A stretch of 64,000 nt of DNA from a virus, in IMG/VR virus record IMGVR_UViG_3300022841_000013, positions 6,822 through 70,821 of that record. One strand, 5' to 3'. The notes under the pieces were generated by a model. The model worked only from the letters and a program-made list of their open reading frames with translations, did no database searches and had not been told where the DNA came from. Position 1 is the first letter of the stretch; each line of letters begins with the position of its first letter. Position numbers and translations under genes: made by a program. This document shows positions 10,012 through 19,817 of the stretch, in pieces.

Positions 10012-10344
10012 GTGGATCTCTGGCCATATATAAACGGTAAGGCAATAACCCTAGGGCTAGCTCTAGGAGAGATGGAGGCAAGCAAAATGCTTGACGTCAT
10101 TCATTTCTTCTTCGAGGAAGACGCTAGATACGCCTCTCCCGAAGAAGCTCAGGGAGTCAGTGACATGAGGACCAGACTTTATGGAAGTATGTATAACGTC
10201 ACCTACAGGTACAAGATGAATAGTACCGGTGGTTCTGGCAATGGGTACGCTGATGGTGAAGTTAAGCCTTACATAGCTCCAACTGAAATGGACGCTGATT
10301 CTGGGCTCCCATTCGGTTCCACATTAGAAGCCCCTATAGGCTAG
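10012..10344 (+). CDS. Tail assembly chaperone C-terminal part (T of the G-T fusion)
   Basis: In the -1 frame relative to 9662-10000, no clear SD, immediately before the tape measure gene. Confidence 0.65.
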   Translation: MDLWPYINGKAITLGLALGEMEASKMLDVIHFFFEEDARYASPEEAQGVSDMRTRLYGSMYNVTYRYKMNSTGGSGNGYADGEVKPYIAPTEMDADSGLPFGSTLEAPIG

Positions 10345-10358
10345 GTCAGGTATACTAA

Positions 10359-13154
10359 ATGGCAGTCATTGGTCACGCAGAAGTAATCGTCAAGGCGATA
10401 ACTACTGGGTTTGAAGATAGCATTAGGAATGACTTAAAGCGCATTTCTGGTTCAAATGTAGGCCGAGCGGCAGGCCAATCTCTTGGTCAATCTTTCAGTG
10501 ACGGCTTTAAAAGAAGCACCTCCGGTAATGTTTTTGGAAAGTTCTCTGATGGTCTTCGGGAGATGGCCCCGGAAGCTGAGACCGCAAGAAAAAAATTCCA
10601 GAGTCTAGTCAGAATTGGATATGTAGTTCAAGGTGTCCTTGGTTTACTAGTTGGTGGAGTCGCAGCTCTTGCCGTCTCTCTAGGAACTCTGGTTGGGGTC
10701 CTAGGTAAGGCCGCCCCTGCGGTCGCTGTTCTGTCTGCCGCTCTTGTCACGCTTAAAGTGGCGCAGTCGGCTGCCAAGTTTGGATTCGGAGATATAGCTA
10801 GTGCTGTAAAGCAAGCAACCTCTCCTACAACCGCTCTTGGAAAATCTATTGCAGAGCTACGTGAAGAGTTCCAGCAACTACAGTTTGCTGCCGAAGGGGC
10901 AGCACTTGGAGAAGAACGTGCAGCTCTAAATTTAGAAGCTGCTGTAGAGAACCTTCGAAGAACTGCTGACCTACCCCCAAACTCTGCAGCACGGCGTGAG
11001 GCCATGCTAGCTCGCGACGAAGCGGAGCTAGCGTACCGTGAAGCAAAAGACCGCACCCAAGATCTAAACGCCGAAGTAGAAAAGGGTGTAAAAGGACTAG
11101 ACAAAGGCACAGGTGGTACTGATCCTTTTGCTGACCTGAATGAGGCGCAGCGTGAGTTCGCTAAATATCTAGTAACTCTTGCACCTCTAATCGAGGCCCT
11201 AGAGCTAGACGTATCCAAGGCATTGCTGCCCCCTCTAAAAAATGCAGTGGAAATCCTAAGAAAAGAACTACTTCCGATTCTCCAAAAGCGTCTACCCCAA
11301 GTTGCAGGTCAGGTCGGGGACGCCCTCGAATCAATGGTTGATGGTATTGACTTCGAGCTAATTGACAAAATCTTTGCTGGCATGACAGAGCCCTTTGAAA
11401 AAGAAGGCAGAAGCAACATTCAGTTATTCGGAGAGCTCCTTGGCAATGTCTTGGACATATTCCTGCGAATTACTGATGCAACCTCGCTCTTGCTCAACGA
11501 CTTTTTAGTCTTCTTGGTTGAAAAGACAGATGAATGGATTACATCCCTAACAGACGGGGACCTTGAGGGGTTCTTTGCAGATGCTGGAGTGTACGCTGGG
11601 CGTCTAGGTACAATTATTGGTAATGTATTTACAGGCCTTGGTAACTTAATTGGACTAACCACCGGCCCAGGTAGTGCCGGAAACGACATGCTTACGTGGA
11701 TGGAAGAAGCCACGGGTACTTTTGCGACCATGTTCTCCGAGGATCCTGAGGCTGGAAAAACCTTCTTCAAGGACGCTTTTGCAAACGCTCGATCTGTAAT
11801 GAGCTCTATTGGCGCTCTTCTCATGGAGATCCTAAAACTTGCAGACAACCCCAACATCAAAATTGCCTTCGACCAGTTGAAGGAAGGTGCACCTGCATTA
11901 GGCGAAATGCTAGGCAAGATGATTGATGCTGGACCATCTTTCGCCACTTTCCTGTCGACAGTTACAGAAATTACCAACAAGTTAACTGATGACAAGCAGA
12001 TAAATGCCTTCTTTGACACTCTAAATGAAGGTGCGTCTGCTTTTAATGACTTCCTAGACGGAGACGTCGCAAAAAGACTTTTGGACAACTTAGGCCCCGT
12101 ATTTGCAACATTAAGTGCAATAGGTGTTATTTTTGATGTCATTAAGTTTGCTTTTAATGTAATCGTTGGATACGCCATAGCTGTTGCCGTTTTTGGAGAG
12201 AAGTTTCTCACTAAGATCTTCGACCCCTTAAAGAAAGTTATTGGCGGCATAGCAAGTGGTAAAACCGGTATTGGCGGAATAATGAAGATGCTAAAAGGCC
12301 CTGGGCTAATCGGACTATTTATAATACTTGTTGCTAAAGCAGTAGAGTTCTACAATACCATTGAGAGCTTCAAGGAGATGGTAGATAATGTCTTTGGAAG
12401 GGTGAAAGAGAGCTTTGACAGGTTAATGGAGGGGGTGAGTGAGCTGTTCGGGAAGATCTTTGGAAGCGGTGATGGCAGCCTCCTTGGAGCATTAGATCCA
12501 GTTATACAGATTATCCTAGAGATACTAATTCCAGCACTAGGATATGCAATAGAGCAAATTTTAAGTGCTATGACCTTTATTATAGACCTCGCCAACTCTC
12601 TCCTAGATGTAGTAATCCCAATAATCACAAGAATAGCGGAGGCTCTCGGCATGCTATTTGAGGGCGATGTGCTGGGATTCTTCAATAAAATGATGGAGAC
12701 ATTCGGTGTCTTTTTGGTCGGGCTTATTCAGCTTGTGGTTAACGGAATAATTGACCTTGTCAACTTTGGTATTCGAGGTGTAAATAACCTAATTGGCATG
12801 ATAACTAACGGCAAACTAGGCGACTTCATGAGGGACGTTTTTGATATTGATCTCTCAGATGTAAAAATACCCGAAATTAGAAACGTAGACATGTTAGGAA
12901 CAATCCAAAGAAACCAAGACAATAAAGCTATTCGAGATAACACTAACAGCTTCGGCGGTGCTGACCGTAGGGCAATGAGCAGCATGACTTCAAGTAGCAT
13001 GTCCTCCAAAGTCACAGATTCAGCTGTATATAAAGAGTACGCCGCTAAACAGGACGTTCAAGTTACCATATATGGGACCAACCTGACTAAAAAAGAGCTG
13101 GGAGACGAGGTCGGAAGACAAATTGCTAGACAGGCGCTGAGGGGGACTATGTAA
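10359..13154 (+). CDS. Tape measure protein
   Basis: 931 aa, helical Ala/Gly/Leu-rich with coiled-coil and hydrophobic stretches; MAVIGHAEVIVKA N-terminus; synteny. Confidence 0.85.
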   Translation: MAVIGHAEVIVKAITTGFEDSIRNDLKRISGSNVGRAAGQSLGQSFSDGFKRSTSGNVFGKFSDGLREMAPEAETARKKFQSLVRIGYVVQGVLGLLVGGVAALAVSLGTLVGVLGKAAPAVAVLSAALVTLKVAQSAAKFGFGDIASAVKQATSPTTALGKSIAELREEFQQLQFAAEGAALGEERAALNLEAAVENLRRTADLPPNSAARREAMLARDEAELAYREAKDRTQDLNAEVEKGVKGLDKGTGGTDPFADLNEAQREFAKYLVTLAPLIEALELDVSKALLPPLKNAVEILRKELLPILQKRLPQVAGQVGDALESMVDGIDFELIDKIFAGMTEPFEKEGRSNIQLFGELLGNVLDIFLRITDATSLLLNDFLVFLVEKTDEWITSLTDGDLEGFFADAGVYAGRLGTIIGNVFTGLGNLIGLTTGPGSAGNDMLTWMEEATGTFATMFSEDPEAGKTFFKDAFANARSVMSSIGALLMEILKLADNPNIKIAFDQLKEGAPALGEMLGKMIDAGPSFATFLSTVTEITNKLTDDKQINAFFDTLNEGASAFNDFLDGDVAKRLLDNLGPVFATLSAIGVIFDVIKFAFNVIVGYAIAVAVFGEKFLTKIFDPLKKVIGGIASGKTGIGGIMKMLKGPGLIGLFIILVAKAVEFYNTIESFKEMVDNVFGRVKESFDRLMEGVSELFGKIFGSGDGSLLGALDPVIQIILEILIPALGYAIEQILSAMTFIIDLANSLLDVVIPIITRIAEALGMLFEGDVLGFFNKMMETFGVFLVGLIQLVVNGIIDLVNFGIRGVNNLIGMITNGKLGDFMRDVFDIDLSDVKIPEIRNVDMLGTIQRNQDNKAIRDNTNSFGGADRRAMSSMTSSSMSSKVTDSAVYKEYAAKQDVQVTIYGTNLTKKELGDEVGRQIARQALRGTM

Positions 13155-14119
13155 TGGCTGAATACTACGAAACAACTCCAAACGTCACGGAACAGTCTGA
13201 GGAAAACAGGGTTGTAAACAAAGCCCTAACCTCCTTGCCGATTCCACACCTAACTGGGTTAAAATTAAAGGCTGACATAAGCATTAATGGTCTAGTTTTA
13301 AACACAATCGATGAGAACAACGTAGTTTGGGTCGTCTCTGGCATTGACGGCTGGTGGGAACTCCCTGAAACAGAATTGCCGGACCTGCCTCGAGGATACG
13401 CGGACGGCTCTTATGATGCAGTTGGTCGATTCTCTAATAGGATAATGTCACTTAATGGGTCCTTCCTACCTCAAGATCCTGCTGATGCACCTGCTGCACG
13501 AGACGCTCTTATTAGAGCAGTTAATCTAATAAAAACTGGCGGTTGGTTGAAGGTCTATGAAGGCGGTGTTGATGCTAACCCCCGCGGGTCCTATGTACGA
13601 TTAAGCGGCACCCCCCTGATCACAAGCGTAAATGCTAGAGGTAGGCATGACTTCTCTATTGGCCTAAAGGCTGTTGACCCGATTAAGTACGAGTTTGTAG
13701 ACTCTAATGGCGACGGATACAGCACTAGCGTGATAACTGCCAGCGGTTCTGGAACTGGTAGCGTTACTGTAAATAATGCAGGTAATATTGAAGTTCCAAT
13801 CATTATAGAATTATCTGCCGGCTTGGTAGTACCTGGAGGGTCCCCAACCTCTATAACTAACACTGAGAGCGACCAAGAGATGGTCATACTTTCGGGAACC
13901 TCAGCTGGAAATAGGCTAGAGATAGATACGTATAACAGGGAGATTCTGGAGGTGCAATACGCTGGGTCAGCTGTCGTAAATGTTGCTAATGCTAGATCGA
14001 AAGCGTCTGTCCTAGTAGACTGGATATACCTACAGCCTGGCGATAACGTTCTGACAATTGCAGGGTTTACTGCCGGTGCTACTTGTACTATATATCACCG
14101 CTCTGGCTGGATCGGCTAG
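13154..14119 (+). CDS. Distal tail protein (Dit-like minor tail protein)
   Basis: Directly after the tape measure gene; GIDGWW, KAVDPIKY, LQPGDNVL and C-terminal RSGW motifs. Confidence 0.65.
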   Translation: MAEYYETTPNVTEQSEENRVVNKALTSLPIPHLTGLKLKADISINGLVLNTIDENNVVWVVSGIDGWWELPETELPDLPRGYADGSYDAVGRFSNRIMSLNGSFLPQDPADAPAARDALIRAVNLIKTGGWLKVYEGGVDANPRGSYVRLSGTPLITSVNARGRHDFSIGLKAVDPIKYEFVDSNGDGYSTSVITASGSGTGSVTVNNAGNIEVPIIIELSAGLVVPGGSPTSITNTESDQEMVILSGTSAGNRLEIDTYNREILEVQYAGSAVVNVANARSKASVLVDWIYLQPGDNVLTIAGFTAGATCTIYHRSGWIG

Positions 14120-14156
14120 CTGCTAGACTAACAGAAAGACATACAAGGACAAAAAG

Positions 14157-16262
14157 ATGCCAATATCCACTTCACCAGAAAATGAAGCAGTAGAATACCG
14201 ATACTACGTTTACGATCTCATGACTAATGAGCTACTAGTAGAGGTACCTTTTCGCGGTGTCTCCTACTCTAGATCACTAACCGAGGCTGGCGTATTTACC
14301 GGAGATATTGCAGTAACTGAGGACACGTATAATCTCAGTCTTTACGAAAATACTTTGCCCGCTAGAACGGCTCTTTTTGCTATGCGAAATGGCCTCTGCG
14401 TTTGGGGTGGAATAATCTGGAACCGTAGCTACAGTCTCGTTGATAAGATATTGAGTGTAACAGCCACAGAGTTTACAAGCTACCTCTCACACAGGGTGGT
14501 CTGGAAAACCTGGAATAGTTCCTATGAGGCCATAGCAGAAGTAGACGGCAGCACTAATATCATGACCATTACTTTAACTGGCGGACAGTACAATTTTACT
14601 GTTGGCGAGCTAGTCTATCTCTACTGGTTCGAGGAGTACGCCAAGTACAGCGGCTACTTTGAGATCCTAACTGCGGGCTATACTGAAGATGATAGGTCTG
14701 TAATAACGGTGCCTGCAACCTACACAGACGCTAACAACAAGGACGATACTAAGAATATCCCTGAAATGTCTATCGGGATAGATAATCCAATAACTATAGA
14801 AACACGTCAAGACAACTATCAATTTGCCCAGGACCTATTACGTGAACTAGAAACTGATCTTTTTGACTTTGACTTTGCCAATGATGAAATCCGCCCCGGC
14901 ATTGATCTCTATAACCCTATTGAAACTATTGGAAGAAATAACAATCTTGCTACAGTAGTGACTACAAAAAAGCATGAACTTGTCACTGGACAGAAAGTTA
15001 GGCTAACTGACGTTCAGGCAGATGAAGATTTTAATGCTATTGAAGCAATAGTTTTTTCTGTGATAAGCGATTACAGCTTCTCGTACACTAACGAAGGATC
15101 CAACGTATCAACCGTTGGCGAGAGCGCTGCAGTGCGTGTAGTTTCGTCTTTTAAGCGGGACACTAGCTTTTCCACGTTTACTACGGCCACTGAGCACGGG
15201 TACTTACCTGGGAGCATCGTCTACGTTGACGCTGTGAGCGAGTCGTTTGACGGATTCCACACAGTTTACGACATCATAACGCCTACTCAGTTTAGAGTGG
15301 TCCAATTTGGGGGTAATATCGCAACTAGTAGGACCGATACGGATGCAGGAACTCCGACTGTCACCAGAATTGCCGCCGCCTCGTATGGCACTTTTGGGGA
15401 GCATACAACCCTTGGCAACCTGGGCTTTGATTTTAGTCGTAATGCTGACTTTAGTTCTAAGTTAGAGGCAAATCCTGTGATTAGAGGCTTCGAGCTACAA
15501 ACTGTTGCAGAAGTACTGGAAGAGTACTCTACGAAGCCAAATGGCTTCGAGTATAGAGTTGACTGTGAATTTGACTCAGCAACTGAGACTTTTAAGAAGT
15601 ACTTCACATTTCTACCCCTAACTCCAGCTTCATTAACTGAATGGCTAGCTGGCCAAGCCGACGGGTATACGGGTGGGATACCAGCCGAAGCCTACGGAGC
15701 AGAGGAGAGAATGTTTGAGTACCCCGGAAATGTTCTTGAGGCCCAATTTGACGAGAGTGCTGAAGATTCAGCTACTAGGTTCTTCGTTCAAGGAAAAGAC
15801 CCCCGGCTAAGTTCTAGCGCTAGCCAACCGTATTCCGGTGCATCTAACCACAAATTGTTGAATCAAGGTTGGCCATTGCTAGATGCTGTCGAAGATTTAG
15901 ACACTCCCTACGAAACCGTACTATGGAAGCAGGCCTCTAGGCTTCTAGAGGAGTCAGTCCCGCCGATTAGCACCTTTACTATCTCTGTTAACGGATCTGC
16001 CAACCCTAAGCTTGGAACATATAGCCCGGGAGATTGGTGCTCAGTAAAACTTAATGACGACTTTGTGGCCTTGAGAGCCAGCAGTTACTTGGAGCAAGAC
16101 TATGGAAGTGACTCAGGGGTCTTAATTAGAAAAATAATCTCCTTCAGTGTTAGCGTCCCTGATACAAGCAATTACCCTGAAGAGGTTTCGTTGGAGCTCA
16201 TCATTGAGCCTTCCGTTCCTATTTCTGGGGTCACGATTCAAGATGGAAAGGTATACCTATAA
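14157..16262 (+). CDS. Minor tail / baseplate hub protein with inserted beta domains
   Basis: YRYYVYDLMTNELL..VWGGIIW N-terminus typical of actinophage minor tail proteins; internal HELVTGQKV and HGYLPGSIV repeats. Confidence 0.65.
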   Translation: MPISTSPENEAVEYRYYVYDLMTNELLVEVPFRGVSYSRSLTEAGVFTGDIAVTEDTYNLSLYENTLPARTALFAMRNGLCVWGGIIWNRSYSLVDKILSVTATEFTSYLSHRVVWKTWNSSYEAIAEVDGSTNIMTITLTGGQYNFTVGELVYLYWFEEYAKYSGYFEILTAGYTEDDRSVITVPATYTDANNKDDTKNIPEMSIGIDNPITIETRQDNYQFAQDLLRELETDLFDFDFANDEIRPGIDLYNPIETIGRNNNLATVVTTKKHELVTGQKVRLTDVQADEDFNAIEAIVFSVISDYSFSYTNEGSNVSTVGESAAVRVVSSFKRDTSFSTFTTATEHGYLPGSIVYVDAVSESFDGFHTVYDIITPTQFRVVQFGGNIATSRTDTDAGTPTVTRIAAASYGTFGEHTTLGNLGFDFSRNADFSSKLEANPVIRGFELQTVAEVLEEYSTKPNGFEYRVDCEFDSATETFKKYFTFLPLTPASLTEWLAGQADGYTGGIPAEAYGAEERMFEYPGNVLEAQFDESAEDSATRFFVQGKDPRLSSSASQPYSGASNHKLLNQGWPLLDAVEDLDTPYETVLWKQASRLLEESVPPISTFTISVNGSANPKLGTYSPGDWCSVKLNDDFVALRASSYLEQDYGSDSGVLIRKIISFSVSVPDTSNYPEEVSLELIIEPSVPISGVTIQDGKVYL

Positions 16263-19200
16263 TGGGAATTCGCAGAAGAAAGAGGAAGCTCTCAACCTTA
16301 ATGAGCAGGCTTGACCAGCGTGTAAGATCCGTAGAGTTGAGACCGATCAGCTTGCTGACAGACGGACAGGTCCAGTCTGCTGTTAATTTTGCGGCTAGCA
16401 CCCCTACTCCTGTTACCTTAGTTTCTGGCACTGCCCCTAACGAATGGCGTCCAATACACGACGCTTACTACTACCCAAAAAAGTTAACTGGTAGTACTGA
16501 AGACAGAGTAGAGATATACCTAGAAGCTGATATCTCTGCCGAAATTGGGACCACTCTTGCTGTGAGTGGGATCCACGGAACTAGCACGGAAGAAATTGAT
16601 GTAGATAGTGATGCATTCTCGCTACTTGCTTCAGATACTCCACCTTGGAGCGATAGACCTAGCTACTCCCATAACCCAGAAACTAGTCAATTACCTGGTG
16701 TTACTATCACCAATACTTACTCATTTAAGCCAGAAACTCTTGCTCCTAGCACATGGACTACCCGAAAAAGGCTGCAGACAAAGCGTGCAGTAGACTCCTT
16801 CGAGATCACTGGTCTTGAGGTCACTCTGACGATGAATGCCGTTCACAAGTTTGAGGCGGGCAATGAAATATACATCAACATTCTTATTGATCAAATAAAT
16901 AATGACGAGAGTCGAATTGCATCTGGAATGGATGGATTCTTTTACATAGATTCAGTTACTGACAATACTATTACTTATACCCTTACTGCAGGTGTAGACG
17001 AGCCTACAGATGAGATAACTCCCGTTTCTGACGTTTACGTTTTTCCACTTGCTCGAAGTTGGGTTCAAGTTGGCTCTATTTGGGTTAACAGCTCATCAAA
17101 AGAGACTTACTACTGGGATGGCCTGCGGTGGGTGGAATACACTCCTACGTCAGACATTAGCGCTGACGGAGACCCCCCTAACCCCCCAACATCAATTAAC
17201 ATCACTAGCGATGTTGAGTTTGACCCAGTAACTTCTAGGCCTGTTGCTCTGGTTACAACTTCGTGGTCACCTCCAACAACTAGCGTCTCTGGCGATACTA
17301 TAACTGACTTGGCCGGGCACCTCATTAGGTACAGAGCCGGCTCTTCAGGGAACTGGTCATCTCAGGATGTCCCAATAGCTTCTGGAAGTTCTTACACATT
17401 TAGTGGAAACGATTTTAGGCAAGGAACAGCTTACTCTTTTGAGGTTCTAGCCTACGACAGCGGCGATCAGTATTCTGCGGCCCTACTTGGCTCGCATACA
17501 ACGGCGGCATCGTCTTCTGTTACGACAATAACAAGCATTAGGCCTACTGCTCCTACTTCCTCTAGCTACTTAGGGACTATAACCTTAGTTTGGGACGGTG
17601 GTGTTGAAAATACCAGCGGAGTCGCCCAAACCCTGCCACCCGGACTAGTAACACTTCAGGTTCATAGGGACGCAGCGTCTTCAAGCTTTACGCCTTCTCT
17701 TAGCAGTAAGGTAGCCTCTCTTTCGGCTGCTCCAAATCAGACCTTTGTAGACGTAAACATTCAATACGGTACCGATTACTACTATAAGTTTGTTCTAGAG
17801 GACGCTAACACTATTGAAAGTCTTCCATCTCTACCTGTAACTGGTCAAACAGCCAGTCTTGTCGATGCTGGTGCAATCTCCAGCATAATCACTGCCGCTA
17901 ATATCACTCCTGGGACGATCGTCACCGGCGAGAATATTATTGGCATAAATATTACCGGCCAGCTAATTCAGGGTAATGAGATCAACGGTGATGTTATCAA
18001 AGCCAATACTCTAGAGGCTAATAGAATTAAGTCGGGAGTACTTGACGCTGCTCTTGTTGTGGGTAGCTCTATTCGTACTACTTTGACAGGTAACCAAAGA
18101 GTGGAGCTAAATAATGCTGGTATTTTTGCGTATGATTCTGCTGGCACTCCTAAGTTTCAGGCCCTAAACAATGGTTCAGTTTTCATAGCAGACGGCGTTC
18201 AGATCGGAGGCTACGCTACTAGTTCAGATTTAAGTAGCGTAAGCGGTGTTGCAAATCAAGCCAATCAGACTGCAGATCAAGCCAATCAGACTGCAGGTCA
18301 AGCCAATCAGACTGCAGGTCAAGCTGCTATTGACGTAAATGCGGCTGAGACTGCCATAAGTAACGTCAGAGATAATGTTTATTTTCCTGGCACTACTCAA
18401 ATTAATGGTGGAAACCTAAGAACCGGTACTGTTGTCGCTGATCAGTTGGCTGCTGGGTTTATTCTCACTGACTTTATTAGCACCGGTGCTCAGGGGACTC
18501 CGCGAATTGAAATTAGAGGTAGCAGTCAGGCAAATCCAGGCATTATTGGCCTCACTGGGTTAGGCGAACCGAATGCAACAAACTTTAGATTCTACAATAA
18601 CGGCCAGAGCTACTTAGACAACGTTACGGTTGCTGGAACCCTCTCTGTAACTGGAAACATAACCGGCGGAACGATTAGGACATCTTCTGGAAGTAAGCGC
18701 GTTGAGATGCTCGGCAGCACTAATTCTTTGCGATTTTACAGTGGCAACAGCCTAAAGGGTGAAATCGAGGGTGACAGCATTGGTGTCAATATCACTGACA
18801 ACACTTCCGGAGGCTTTGCTCGGATCGGAGCGGGTGGCGTGTTTCTTGGTAGAAATGGGTCTACCGGCGCGTATGTGGACAGTAACGGACTGGAGCTCTC
18901 TGTTGTCGGCACAACGAATTTCGCGGCAAACCTTAGAAGAGCCAGTGCTGGAACCGCTCTTCAGGTGACTAGCTCTGATTCTAGAATAAAGACCAACGTA
19001 ACCAATATCGCCAGTGGATTAGACATTGTTGCCCAACTGCGACCAATCACTTTCACTAGCAAGGTGGACGACCCCGATTTGACATTCCCTGGATTCTTAG
19101 CTCAAGAGGTGCGGGCTGTCTTCCCACCTGAATATCGAGTAGTCTCTGAAAATGTTGGAGCTGTTCCAGACATGGATGGGGCAGATGCTGAAGACTTTGC

Positions 19201-19324
19201 TGCCAACCCGCTACTAAGTCTTAATCACGTAGAGTTGATCCCGTATCTCACTAAAGCTATACAGGAGTTATCAGCTAAGAACGACGCACTTGAGGCTAGA
19301 CTAGAAGCACTAGAAGAAAACTAA
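16262..19324 (+). CDS. Tail fibre/spike with FN3-like domains and C-terminal intramolecular chaperone (peptidase S74-like)
   Basis: FN3-like segments, beta-helix-like repeats, and SSDSRIKTNV..GFLAQEV..LIPYLTKAIQEL..LEARLEALE, the S74 autocleavage signature. Confidence 0.75.
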   Translation: MGIRRRKRKLSTLMSRLDQRVRSVELRPISLLTDGQVQSAVNFAASTPTPVTLVSGTAPNEWRPIHDAYYYPKKLTGSTEDRVEIYLEADISAEIGTTLAVSGIHGTSTEEIDVDSDAFSLLASDTPPWSDRPSYSHNPETSQLPGVTITNTYSFKPETLAPSTWTTRKRLQTKRAVDSFEITGLEVTLTMNAVHKFEAGNEIYINILIDQINNDESRIASGMDGFFYIDSVTDNTITYTLTAGVDEPTDEITPVSDVYVFPLARSWVQVGSIWVNSSSKETYYWDGLRWVEYTPTSDISADGDPPNPPTSINITSDVEFDPVTSRPVALVTTSWSPPTTSVSGDTITDLAGHLIRYRAGSSGNWSSQDVPIASGSSYTFSGNDFRQGTAYSFEVLAYDSGDQYSAALLGSHTTAASSSVTTITSIRPTAPTSSSYLGTITLVWDGGVENTSGVAQTLPPGLVTLQVHRDAASSSFTPSLSSKVASLSAAPNQTFVDVNIQYGTDYYYKFVLEDANTIESLPSLPVTGQTASLVDAGAISSIITAANITPGTIVTGENIIGINITGQLIQGNEINGDVIKANTLEANRIKSGVLDAALVVGSSIRTTLTGNQRVELNNAGIFAYDSAGTPKFQALNNGSVFIADGVQIGGYATSSDLSSVSGVANQANQTADQANQTAGQANQTAGQAAIDVNAAETAISNVRDNVYFPGTTQINGGNLRTGTVVADQLAAGFILTDFISTGAQGTPRIEIRGSSQANPGIIGLTGLGEPNATNFRFYNNGQSYLDNVTVAGTLSVTGNITGGTIRTSSGSKRVEMLGSTNSLRFYSGNSLKGEIEGDSIGVNITDNTSGGFARIGAGGVFLGRNGSTGAYVDSNGLELSVVGTTNFAANLRRASAGTALQVTSSDSRIKTNVTNIASGLDIVAQLRPITFTSKVDDPDLTFPGFLAQEVRAVFPPEYRVVSENVGAVPDMDGADAEDFAANPLLSLNHVELIPYLTKAIQELSAKNDALEARLEALEEN
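18257..18324 (+). repeat. 21-bp tandem repeat (about 3 copies) encoding QANQTA(D/G) heptads
   Basis: CAAGCCAATCAGACTGCAG(A/G)T x3 in frame, coiled-coil-like. Confidence 0.85.
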
Positions 19325-19330
19325 CGACAT

Positions 19331-19804
19331 ATGTACTCAGTAAAAGATGGAGATAGGACCCTTCAGTTCGAAGGTGCCCTACTTGCTAAGTCAACTTCAG
19401 CACGTAGAGGCTCGTACCGCTGGATCGAGTTTGAGCTGTACAAAACAGAATCTGGCTCCTATATTCTCTCTCGTATCGGCGTTTCTCTTATTTTCCATGG
19501 GGCCGCATGTCCGCTCGTGTCTAAATATAAGCTAACAGAGGGCGCTAACTACGATTTAGCACCCAATGCCCAACCTTGCGGCGACTGTGAACCTGATTTC
19601 GGTCTAGATTTAGTCTTCCCCGAGAAGTACCGCTATTGGGCACAAGTAAGTGACAAGCCTGAAGCTGTTATGGACGCATTGTACAAATATGATGACAAAA
19701 ATGGTACCCAGTATTTAACTAGCGTGGCACAGAGATTATTAAAAGATGCAGCACAAGTTGACTTTGGCGTTGCAGAGATCTATAATGTTGAGATAATACC
19801 TTAA
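19331..19804 (+). CDS. Hypothetical protein
   Basis: 157-aa ORF filling the gap between genes; H/C residues including CGDC suggest Zn binding. Confidence 0.6.
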   Translation: MYSVKDGDRTLQFEGALLAKSTSARRGSYRWIEFELYKTESGSYILSRIGVSLIFHGAACPLVSKYKLTEGANYDLAPNAQPCGDCEPDFGLDLVFPEKYRYWAQVSDKPEAVMDALYKYDDKNGTQYLTSVAQRLLKDAAQVDFGVAEIYNVEIIP

Positions 19805-19817
19805 CGAAAGATTTAAA

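Noticed and set aside
10628-13015. Long minus-strand ORFs inside the tape measure gene
   Set aside because: Antisense shadows arising from codon bias of the real gene.
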